DNA of 64,000 bases, from NCBI GenBank assembly GCA_030390025.1, contig CM059432.1, forward strand, positions 59,646,001 to 59,710,000, given 5' to 3'. The position numbers and the translations under genes are program-made. Below the pieces are notes generated by a model. That model was not told where the DNA came from, did no database searches, and saw only the letters and a program-made list of their open reading frames with translations. Below are positions 50,314-61,207 of the stretch, in pieces. The stretch is from Squalus acanthias. Taxonomy: Eukaryota. Positions within the stretch are counted from its first letter, which is position 1. Each line of letters starts with the position of its first letter.

Positions 50314-53300
50314 TTAGGAGGTGTGGACGAGACGGTGCGGCGGTCTGATGGGCTGGCCGGAGCGGCTCTTGTAGGACGCCGGTGGACGTGGAACGGCCGG
50401 GCGTGGAGCAGCCGGGTGAACCGGCTTGAGGGCAGGTCGGCCGCGTGGAGGTGGACGAGCTACAGGGACCTGCTCACTGGGCTCCGAGTGTGCTGGCTTG
50501 AGTCGGTCAACCGACACTTTTTCGGTCCTGTCACCCACTTGCAGGGTGAAAAATTTGTCCCCAGCCTGTAGCACCTTGTAGGGCCCGTCATATGGGGGTT
50601 GAAGGGGTCTGCGGTGGGCGTCGTGCCGGACGAAAACAAACCGTGCCTGGTGCAGGCTTAGTGGGACGTGTGAGGTGGATTCGCCGTGTCGGGCAATGGG
50701 CACCGGGGCGAACTGCAGCGCCGGTGAGGTGAAGTTGTGGCGTTGCTGGTCGGCTGACCAGGGTGTCGTGGCGGTGGGCAGGAACTCGCCGGGTACGCGC
50801 AGCGGCTGACCGTACACGAGCTCTGCTGCCGATGCGTGGAGGTCTTCTTTAACCGCGGTGCGCAGGCCGAGGAGGACCCACGGAAGTCGGTCGGTCCCGG
50901 CGCCGTCTTGGAGGCTGGCTCGAAGAGATGCCTTCAAGGATCTGTGGAACTGCTCACACAGTCCGTTGGCTTGGGGGTGGTACGCTATGGTGCGGTGAAT
51001 GGTCACCCCGAGATTGAGTGCGACGGCGGTCCAGAGTTCAGAGGTAAATTGCGGACCTCTGTCCAACGTCATGTTGGAGGGGACGCCGAACTGTGCGACC
51101 CAGGTGCTGACGACGGCTCTGGCGATGTCGGCGGTGGTGGTAGAGGTCAGTGGAATTGCCTCAGGCCAGCGTGTGGTGCGGTCAACGATGGTCAGCAAGT
51201 GTTGTGGCCTTGCGACGGCGGCAGGGGCCCGACGATGTCCACGTGGATGTGGTCGAATCTCCGCGAGGGGACAGTAAACTCCTCGAGGGATGCTTTTGTG
51301 TGTTGCTGTACCTTGGCCCGTTGGCAGGCTAGGCAAGAGTTGGCCCAAGTACGCACATCCTTGCGAAGGCCGCGCCAGACGAAGCGGTTGGCTACCAATT
51401 TGATGGATGCGCAGGCGCCGGGGTGGGAGAGGTTGTGGAGAATGTCGAATACCCGGCGGCGCCAGGACGCTGGGACGACGGGCCGAGGTTGACATAGGGA
51501 TATGTCGCACTTGACCGTGACAGCGGTCGGCCCACAGGCGACGTCGGCCAGGCGTAGCCCTGGTAGGTTGGTGGGTGCGGAGAGCAGATCAGGGTCGGTG
51601 ATCTGGTCTGCTGCGAGTCGAGCGTAGTCGACTGCTAGGTGTGCGGCGTGGATGGCGGGGCGGGAGAGGCAGTCGGCTACCACATTGTCTCAGCCGGAGA
51701 CATGTTGAATGTCCGTGGTGAACTCGGACACTGCCACGAGCTGGCGCTGCTGCCTGGCGGACCAGGGGTCGGTTGTCTTTGCCATTGCGAATGTCAGGGG
51801 CTTGTGGTTGACAAACGCAGTGAAGGGGTGGCCCTCAAGCAAAAACCGGAAATGGCGGACCGCCAGGAACAGCGCGAGGAGCTAGCGGTCGAAGGTGCTG
51901 TACTTGACCTCCGGGGGGCGTAGTTGGCGGCTGAAGAAGGCAAGTGGTTGCCAGGCGCCGTCGACCCACTGCTCATACACGGCGCCGACCGCGTGGTCGG
52001 AGGCATCCGTGGTGAGCGCTACCCTGGCATTGGGCCGTGGGTGCGCGAGCAGGGTGGCGTTGGCGAGCGCAGTCTTGGTGGAATCGAAGGCGGCGGACGC
52101 GTCTGCCGTCCATTCGACCGCCATCTTGCCGCTCCTGCCCCGGAGGGCTTCATACAGGGGCCTCATGAGGGACGCCACTTTGGGGATGAAGCGGTTATAG
52201 AAATTCACCATCCCGAGGAACTCCTGGAGGCCTTTGATGGTGGTGGGGCGGGGAAATTGTTGGACGGCCTGCACCTTGGTGGGCAGGGGAATGGCCCCAG
52301 CATGGGTGATGTGGTGGCCGAGGAAGTCGATCTTGTCCAGGCCGAACTGGCATTTGGCTGGGCTGAGGATGAGCCCATGGTCGCTGAGGCGCCCGAACAG
52401 GATGCGAAGGTGTTCGAGGTGTTCCTGCTTGGAGGAACTGGCTACCAGGATGTCGTCCAGGTAGACGAACAGGAACTTCAGGTCCCGAAGGACCGAGTCC
52501 ATGAGCCGTTGGAATGCCTGGGCCGCGTTTTTGAGGCCGAAGGGCATCCGCAGGAACTCGAACAGGCCGAAGGGGGTGATTACGGCCATCTTTGGGACGT
52601 CCGCGGGGTGGACGGGGACTTGGTGGTAGCCGCGCACCAGGTCGACCTTGGAAAAGACTGAGCGGCCGGCCAGTCTAGCCGGGAAGTCCTGAATGTGCGG
52701 CACGGGGTACCGATCAGGGGTGGTGGCGTCATTGAGGCGGCGGTAATCCCCGCAGGGGCGCCAACCTCCGCCTGGTTTGGGGGCGATGTGGAGTGGGGAG
52801 GCCCAGGGACTGTTGGAGCGGCGGATGATGCCGAGCTGTTCCATGGTGGCAAACTCGGTCCGCGCGATCTCCAGTTTGGCCGGGTCCAGCCTGCGGGTGT
52901 GGGCGTACACTGGGGGGCCTGTGGTGGGCATGAAGTGTTCCACCCCGTGTTTGGCGGCCTCCGCGGAGAAGGTCGGATTGGTAAGGGCCGGGAATTCGGC
53001 CAGGAGTGCCGAGTAGTCATCCGTGGCCCGGGCGTGGCACTGTGACGCCATGTCGGCGGGTTGACGGGGGGCCATGGCGCCCAGGATGGGGGACATGGTG
53101 TTCATGTCCACGAGGCGGTGACGAGGGATGTCTACCAGTAGGCCGTGGGCGCACAGGAAATCTGCGCCGATGAGAGGGGAGAGCACCTTGGCAGTGATGA
53201 ACTCCCATCGGTAGCGGTGACCAGCGAGGTCGAGGGTAACTGTCCGGGTGCCATACGTCTGGATTTCCGAGCCGTTAGCAGCAGCCAGCGCCGGTCCTCG

Positions 53301-54125
53301 TTCACCCTTTTGGATGTCGAGGGAGGAGGCCGGGATGATGCTGTGCTGAGCCCCAGTGTCGCACAGGAACCGGCGGCCGGTTTTGTCATCTGTGACGAAC
53401 AGCAGGGAGCCCGCGTGGCCCACGGCCATCGCGGGGGCTGGAACGGGGGCAGACTTGAAAGAGCAGGGAGGTGTGCACCGTTGTGCCCTGGCGCCGAACC
53501 GTGCGTGGTAGTAACAGTGGCCCGGGTTAGTGGGCCGTGAAGGCCCCGTGGGCCTGGTGACAGGCCCTTTTGGCCGCGTGGTGGCCGGTGAGGGGCGCGC
53601 CCAGGCATTGGCTGCCAGGTCCGGAGTGACGTCACGGCTGGAGTGAGCGGACAGCAGCTTGTCGGCCTCATCGGCCAGGGCTTCCAGGTTCGTGAGGCCG
53701 GACGCCACGATCGCTGGGCGGATGCTGAGAGGGAGCTGGCGGATGAACAGCGTTCGGAAGAGGGATCCGGGTGGGCTCTCGTCGGTGAGGGAGAGCATGT
53801 GGGAGAGGAGGTCTGATGGTGAGGCATCACCGAGGCCTGGAAGGTCGAGGAGGTGGCAGTTTCGCTGATATGACGAGGCCGTAAATTTTTTAAGGAGCGC
53901 TGTCCTGAGATGTGCGTACTTGCCTTCCTCTGGTGGGTTCTGCAGCGTTGTCCAAACCTTGGAAACTGTGGTGCTACCGAGTGATGTGACGAGATAGTCG
54001 TACTTCGTCCCATCTGCGGTGATATTTTGCAGCCGGAAGCGAGATTCAGCTTGGAGAAACCAGGCTTCGGGCTGGTTTTCCCAAAACTCCGGCAGTTTCA
54101 CGGAAACTGCGTTCGTGTCCGCCAT
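50314..54125 (-). pseudogene. Gypsy gag-pol polyprotein, lightly disrupted
   Basis: Gag KLPEFW...CYYHARFGARAQRCTPPC; protease LCDTGA; RT YLDD; RNase H TDAS; integrase HHCC, HVDIVGP, DRGPQF, NGLCEQFHR and GPY. Stops near 51882 and 51690 and a frameshift near 51200. Confidence 0.92.
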
Positions 54126-54150
54126 TGCAGTGCTCGGAATACGTTCTGAG

Positions 54151-54164
54151 CGTCGGGGTCACCA
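54151..54164 (-). promoter_or_regulatory. Primer-binding site, tRNA-Trp
   Basis: TGGTGACCCCGACG lies 1 nt after the LTR and is complementary to the tRNA-Trp 3' end (CGTCGGGGTCACCA). Confidence 0.85.
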
Positions 54165-54165
54165 A

Positions 54166-54406
54166 TGTTGAGGCTGCCGCGAAACACGAATTAAGGCTGA
54201 ATCCATTTGTGTTAAACAAGAGACTTTTTAATCACAGCATGGCACAAAATGGCAGAACCGAAAAGCTCCCAGAATTCTCTGGGTAAAACCTGAGGCCCCG
54301 CCCCCTCCTGCCTTAAAGGTAAGGTGCCTTAAAGGGAAGCGGCTGGAAATTTGTCCACAGACGGAAGAGTGTATTATGCCTGTTTTAGGTGGCGATCCGC
54401 CACACA
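54166..54406 (-). repeat. 5' LTR
   Basis: Direct repeat of 50055-50295 with 7 substitutions. Confidence 0.95.
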
Positions 54407-55452
54407 GTATTTAAAGTTTTACTATGTTTTTTCATTGATCTCCATTCATATATTTGACAGGTCTTCCTGTCAAATGTATGAAGGGAGATTCCCTTCCGTG
54501 ATTGGCTCCCCATGGCCCACGTGATCCCAGGGACGCTGCGAACTACATGCGCCCATGGGATATGTGGGCCCTGCGCACTTCAAGTTTGGTGAGGCCCAGG
54601 AGCGAAAGCATGTGCGTCCCGGGAGCCCTCAGGTAAGGGCGTAGATTTTTCAGATCGCAGGCTTCCGCCCGTGGGAGGCCTGCGATCGGAAAATACGGGC
54701 CAAAGTATTGTTGTTATTACTATGCAGTGTCTGAGTCTATTCTAGTTGAAACTAATACAACAGAAGCATATGTGGATATTGAACAGGATTGTTAATTTAG
54801 GAAAGCTAAATACTTTACCTTACAGTTGCTCAGAAATTACTATTGGACGTGACAAATAGGTGTAACCAAGCACAAGGTTGCAACATCGGTTGTTGAGCAA
54901 AGCTAGGGGATAACGGGTATTGGGTCTCATGGGGTTTGAGATCTCACAAAAATTAGCTATAATTACCACAATGGAACCACCATAAGTTTATTTTGTAACT
55001 TTATTATACAGTTTAATGTTTACCCTCCCACTAGTGCCTTCAGACAGCCTAATGTACACCACCATTTGAGATGTTTCAGCAGGCAAGATCTATTTCTTGT
55101 GTTCTACTTTAATCCCTAGGTAAAGTTAAATACAATTACTCTTTTTGTCTGATTCTGTTACTTAAAAAAAAAATGGAAGTCACAAATGCATCCACCAAAT
55201 ATGTTTTTAAATGAATCAAACAATTTAAAATGCCAATTTATAATCATATCTTTAAAATCATAAGTCACAAAACAAAGAGGTACAAATTTCTTGCCAGTTC
55301 AATCTTGTTAAACAGAAAATGCAGTAATGCAAACTCTCACTTTTTATTAAGGCCTATTTAGATTTCACAGTTTTATGATTAAAAAGTGTGGCAAGAGTTA
55401 AACGCACATTATGCACATTTCCTTGTCATACAAGTCCAAAGACACAATTTGT

Positions 55453-56020
55453 GGGCTAAATTCGATAGCCCCCAAAAATGGGCGCAGGGATCATGATGTG
55501 TGATTAACCCACGCCCGTTGCTTCCAATGCAGGCAGCATGTCAACTTCTTGCTGCCTGCTGATTAACATGATTGCAGCGTGCAACCAGCGCTAACCACAC
55601 TGTTGATTGGCTGCACACATCAGCAGTGGGCCCAAAATCGTACTACTTAAAGCTAGCCTGCACTGCTTAAAGCTAGCCTGCACCTCTTCAAGGGGAGATG
55701 CATTGTGGCTGGAGCAGGTTCTGGAAGTCATTCTACAACTGATTCTGACCTGGGAAACACTCAATAATGGCACAACATAGGGGAGAGCAGGCTCCAAGAT
55801 TTACTGACGCTGCACTGGAGGCCTTGTTGGAGGAGGTGGAAAGGAGGAGAGATGTGCTGCATCCACAGGGGGCCAGGTGGCCCTCCAGACACATGCTCAG
55901 AAGGCAGTAGGAGCAGATAGCCATGGCGGTCAAGCCCCGAGGACCTAGACCCAGTGCCGTAAGAAGTTCAATAACCTCACAGGAGTGGTCAAGGTCAGTG
56001 AATGCATCTTCAAATGCCAT
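55453..56020 (+). mobile_element. Harbinger left end with degenerate Myb/SANT exon (55767-55993)
   Basis: GGGCTAAATT end; MAQHRGEQAPRFTDAALEALLEEVERRRDVL...QCRKKFNNLTGVVK followed by GTCAGT. Confidence 0.75.
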
Positions 56021-56029
56021 ATCTGAACC

Positions 56030-57668
56030 ATATCATCCTCCTCCTGAGGTCCCCACCATCACAGAAGCCAGTCTTCAGCCAATTCGATTCACTCCACATG
56101 AGATCAAGAAATGGCTGAGCGCACTGGATACAGCAAAGGCTATGGGCCCCGACAACATCTCACCTGTCGTGCTGAAAACCTGTGCTCCAGAACTAGCCGT
56201 GCCTCTAGCCAAGCTGTTCCAGTACAGCTTTGATACTGGCATCTACCCGACAATGTGGAAAACTGCCCAGGTATGTTCTGTCCATAAAAAACAGGACAAA
56301 TCCAATCCAGCCAATTACTACCCCATCACTCTACTTTCAATCATCAGCAAAGTGATAGAAGGTGTTGTTGACAGTACTATAAGGTGGCACTTACTCACCA
56401 ATAACCTGCTCACCGATGCTCAGTTTGGGATCTGCCAAGACCACTCGGCTCCAGACCACATTACAGCCTTGGTCCAAACATGGACAAAAGAGCTGAAATC
56501 CAGAGGTGAGGTGAGAGTGACTGCACTTGACATCAAGGCAGCATTTGACTGAGTGTGGCATCAAGGAGCCAAAGTAAAATTGAACTCAATGGGAATCGGG
56601 GGAAAACTCTCCACTGGCTGGAGTCATACCTAGCACAAAGGAAGATGGTTGTGGTGGTTGGAGGCCAATCATCACAGCCCCTGGACATAGCTGCAGGAGT
56701 TCCTCAGGGCAGTGTTTACGCCCAACCATCTTCAGCTGCTTCATCAATGACCTGCTCTCCATCATGAGGTCAGAAGTAGGGATGTTTGCTGATGACTGCA
56801 ACTCCTCAGATAAGGAAGCAGTCTCTGCCAACATGCAGCAAGACCTGGATGACATTCAGGCTTGGGCTGGTAAGTGGCAAGTAACATTCGCGCCACACAA
56901 GTGCCAGGCAATGACTATCTCTAACAAGCGAGTGTTTAACCATTGTCCCTTGACATTCAATGGCATAACCATCGCTGAATTCCCCACCATCAACATCGTG
57001 GGGGTCACCATTGACCAGAAACTTAACTGGACCAGCCACATAAATACTGTGGCTACAAGAGCAGGTCAGAGACTGGGTATTCTGTAGCGAGTGTCACACC
57101 TCCTGACTCCCCAAAGCCTTTCCACCATCTATGAGGCACAAGTCAGGAGTGTGACCAAATACTCTCCACTTGCCTGGATGAGTGCAGCTCCGACAACACT
57201 CAAGAAGCTCGACAGCATCCAGGACAAAGCAACGCGCTTGACTGGCACGCCATCTATCACCTTAAATATTCACTCCCTCCACCATTGGCGCACCATGGCT
57301 GCAGTGTGTACCATCTGCAAGATGTACTGCAGCAACTCGCCAAGGCTTCTTCGACAGCACCTCCCAAACCCACGAACTCTACTACTTAGAATAACAAGGG
57401 CAGCAGGCGCATGGGAACACCATCACCTCCAAGTTCCCCTCCAAGTCACACACCATCCTGACTTGGAAATATATCACCGTTCCTTCATCGTCGCTGGGCC
57501 AAAATCCTGGAACTCCCTCCCTAACAGCACTATAGGAGTACCTTCACCACTTGGACTGCAGCGGTTCAACAAGGCGGTTCACCACCACCTTCTCAAGGGC
57601 AATTAGGGATGGGCAATAAATGCTGGCGTTGCCAGCAACTTCCACATCCTAGGAATGAATTAAAAAAA
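56030..57668 (+). mobile_element. CR1/L2-group LINE of the second family, RT region and 3' end
   Basis: KAMGPDNI, ANYYPITLLS, LDIKAAFD, GVPQGS, MFADDC and WNSLP, then an A-rich tail. Confidence 0.9.
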
Positions 57669-58217
57669 GGTGGGAAGTGGTGTTCCACAAGGATCGCTAC
57701 TAGGACCACTGTTGTTCACATTTACATAAACGATTCGGATCCGGGAATTGGAAGTACGATGACACCAAATTGGGGGGTGTAGTTAATTCAGAGGAGGACT
57801 GTGACAAAATATAGGAATAAATGAATAAACTTGCAGAATGGGCGTGCAATTGGCAAATTAAATTCAATATAGATAAGTGTGAGGTGGCATATTTTAATAG
57901 CAAGAATAAAGAAGCCACATATTCATTGGAAATTATGGCCGGAATTTTCTGTAATTGGGCAGGAAGGGTGCGGGCGGTCGGCGTAGCTGGTCATGACCCC
58001 ATTCCTCATTCCATTCTGCATCCTGAGATCGACTTTCCCTTAATGGCGCCTATTAAGGTAGCCCTGTGCGTTACCCGGCCCTATTAAATGGTGCGGGTCT
58101 CATGATGTCATCGATGACGCGTTTTCAGCTGGGATATTTAAAGCAGCCATGGCCACATTGCATTTGAAGGTTCATCTTGGATTGTGCAGGCACTGTATTG
58201 GAGCAAGACTTGGAAAC

Positions 58218-60085
58218 ATGACTGTACAGAGGCAGAGGGCTGCACCCAGGTTCTCAGATGACTCCCTCCATATGCGTGTGGAGGGAGTAAGAGCATGCAG
58301 GGAAGTCCTCTTCCCTTTGGATGGGCGGAAACGGCCTCCCCAGCAGAGCAAATGAACCTGGTTGGAGATTGCAGAGGAGGTGAACAGCAGGGATGTTGTC
58401 AGGAGGACCTGGATGAAGTGCCGGAAACGTTTCAATAATCTCATTAGATCAGGAAAGGTGAGTGCAAAGCCACAGTCAACCTCATCCTGAAGTGCCTGTC
58501 ACCACATCCCCATCACTCTGCCTTCCCAAGCTTGCTCCTGCACATCATTACTCGCACCAACATACCTTGCATGTCCACCCATCCCTTTCTCTCTATCTAC
58601 ATTATCACATCGCCATCTGACTAACCATCCCTCACACTCACCCTCATCCTAATGCAATCATACCAACTAACAACATACAAGGAGGCCATTTGGCATTGGC
58701 ACCCCACTCCATCATAGTAACCCTCTAAAGATGTTTCCCATCCATTCCTTACACTCACTCCATGATTCTCACTCAAACTTCTCTTTCCCTCCTTGCAGGA
58801 GAGCCCACAATAAGAGGCAGAGGGAGAGAACCAGTGGTGGCCCTCCATCATTGGCCACCTTAACAGCAGCAGAGGAGGTCGCCCTGGGAGTATCAGGAAT
58901 CGCAGAGCAGCTGGCGGTGCGAGACGGAGAGAGGGGGACATCTCAGCAACCTGGTGACAGAATTAGATCTCATACAGCCACATGGCATACAGCAGTCACG
59001 TATATGGGGACTGATCTCAGCAGACAGTGAATGCATAATGGTATCGTTACCCATTCTTGATATGACTTTTTAAAATCATCTCTTTACTCTCCCATCAAGA
59101 GCACCCCCACCCCACTGTCCAGGAGGAAGAGGAAGACGACTCCTCATAGGAGCCTCCAGCCTCTGAGGGTGCATCGTCAGCAGACAAAAGCGCACCCAGC
59201 ACCAACGCAGATAATTCCACCACGGTGGGTCTCACGTGACATAGAGTAGTGTTGTCACCTGGTGTCTCACAAGTCACAAGTGAGCAAGAGGAGATGGTGG
59301 AGACAGGGACAGCAGTGGAGAGTCCTCGCCGGACGGCGCAGGATGCTTCCAGCTCTGTTCAGCTGCATGCAGACGCTGAGCCTCCGGGGCCATCCAGAAA
59401 GAGGGTATTCCTGGAGGTGCAGGAAGAAGTGCAGGAGGCTTTGACAGGTTTTGCGACTGCGATGTTTGCAAATGTGCAGAGAATGGAGAGATCCATCTCC
59501 AACACGAGCACCACCGTGTCGCAGGTGATGGCGACTGTATGCTCTTCCATGGAAAGGATGACCACCTGCATGGAGCAGCTAATGCGCCACTCACATGAGC
59601 ACATGGTATCTATGGAGAATAGATGGCTATCTATGGAGTGTAGATGGCAGATACTCATAGACCTCCTCTCTAGGAGGGATGTCAATGTAGATTTGGGTCC
59701 TCATGGCCCCACTGCTGTGCAGCAAGGTGCATTCCAGCTCCTTGCTAGCAGGGAAGTACGGGTGGCCCACGAGAGGGATGACAGTGAGAGGGGACATGGA
59801 ATTGGGGGCTCCTCTCAAAGCACTCACACTATTCTCCTATTGCATCTCCCTCAGTCAGAGCCCCACATGCCTCCTGGGATCGCGATGGCCGAGTCTGCCC
59901 CTGCACAGTCGCAGGAGGAGCAGACTTTGGCAGGGCCATCACAGGCTTCAAGACCCAGAGGACATCCGCCAGAAGTGTCCATGCAGTCGCAGCAGGGAAG
60001 TGAGCAGAGTGCCTCTACCTCTGCTGAAGCCACAGGGGTAGCACCTCGTAGAAGCGCGCATAAGAGAAAGATGAAACACAAGTAG
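58218..60085 (+). pseudogene. Harbinger Myb/SANT-like DNA-binding protein gene, 3 exons (58218-58457, about 58799-58953, about 59099-60085)
   Basis: Exon 1 reads RAAPRFSDDSL...*TWLEIAEEVNS...RTWMKCRKRFNNL then GTGAGT. Exon 2 follows ccttgcAG and reads RAHNKRQRERTSGGP. The last exon is acidic and coiled-coil-like and ends RRSAHKRKMKHK. Contains stops and a frameshift. Confidence 0.82.
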
Positions 60086-60383
60086 ATGCACAAGGGTAAG
60101 CACTTGGGTGTTTTAATAATTGTTTGTGTTAAGTTTCCATTACTCTGATGTCACAGATAAAAATAATTATTTTCACCACTTTCTGGTCATGGCCAATTTT
60201 GTCTGCAACTTTGGAAGTGGCTTAGTGAGTTGGAGTGAATGGTCAGAAATAACTTTACATCTAGCAATGGTGGTCAGTGTGAAAGGAATGGCTTGGTCAT
60301 TGTAGGGATGCTTTATGGTGTTGCTGTGGGGTGGTGGGAACCTGGCGCATCATATGGCAGCCATATAGGTGTAATGCCTTAAG

Positions 60384-61207
60384 TTAAGTAAATCTGGCCA
60401 TGATGAGGCCATCCCTGGCCTCCTGGGCAGCAATGTCCTCAGGTGCTGGTGGGATATGGACCGCAGGTTCCTCCTGATCCTCCTCCTCCTCGTCTTTCAG
60501 CTGATGCTCCTCCTCCTCTGAAGAGGCTGTGCGCTCAGAGTCTTGCTCCTCATGCAGTGCTAATCCTCGCTGCTGCGTTATGTTGTGCAGGGCGCAGAAG
60601 ACCACAACGATTCTGGAGACCTTGGCTGGTGTGTACTGAAGGGATCCTCCAGACCCTAGCTGGTGCGTAATGAAGCACATTTTCAGCATGCATATTGTCT
60701 GCTCTATGACACATCTGGTGGAAATGTGGCTTTCGTTATATCTCTCCTCAGTCTCAGTACTTGACCTCCTCAAGGGTGTCATGAGCAACGTCTTCAGTGG
60801 ATAGCCCTTGTCTCCAAGCAGCCAGCAGGAAAGTCTGTTTGGAGGTGCGAAGAGCTGAGGGAGGGTGGACTGGCACAGGACGAAAGAGTCATGGCAGCTG
60901 CCAGGGAACTTGGCGCTCACATGCATGATAATCTTCCTACGGTTGCAGACGAGCTGCACATTAAGGGAGTGGAAGCCCCTGTGGTTGACAAAGACTCCTG
61001 GGTGATGATGGGGTGCCCTGATGGCCACATGTGTGCAGTTGATGATGCCCTGCACCCGTGGGAAGCCAGCCAGCGTGGCAAAGGCCAGCGCCCGCTCAGT
61101 AACACTGGCAAAGTTGAGATAATTGGTTGACTTGTCAAACAGGACATCGATGACCTGTGTGATGCATCTGTGGGCGATGAACTGCAAAATATGCAGATGC
61201 CTGGAAG
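60384..61207 (-). pseudogene. HARBI1-like DDE transposase, C-terminal part
   Basis: [15 protein letters not shown] (first catalytic Asp replaced by Asn), [38 protein letters not shown] and CALHN. The N-terminal part of the listed ORF is CR1 tail sequence. Confidence 0.9.

Larger units (their letters stand above)
50055..54406 (-). mobile_element. Ty3/Gypsy LTR retrotransposon, CsRn1/Kabuki-like, 4.35 kb
   Basis: Two 241-bp TG...CA LTRs, PBS TGGTGACCCCGACG, PPT CTGGGGGGAGC, and gag-PR-RT-RH-IN order. Confidence 0.95.
49166..54701. mobile_element. PIF/Harbinger-type MITE hosting a SINE and the Gypsy element
   Basis: TIRs GGCCCAGATATTCCGATC / GATCGGAAAATACGGGCC; internal pieces are collinear with 43350-44087; no clear TSD. 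Confidence 0.75.
57937..61207. mobile_element. Two-gene PIF/Harbinger transposon (right part displaced beyond the window by a CR1)
   Basis: Left end GGCCGGAATTTT after TAT, inside a CR1 fragment (57670-57933); convergent Myb-like gene (+) and transposase (-). Confidence 0.88.

Noticed and set aside
50278..54013. Many long alternative-frame and antisense ORFs over the Gypsy element
   Set aside because: Expected shadow ORFs in GC-rich coding sequence; no recognisable motifs.
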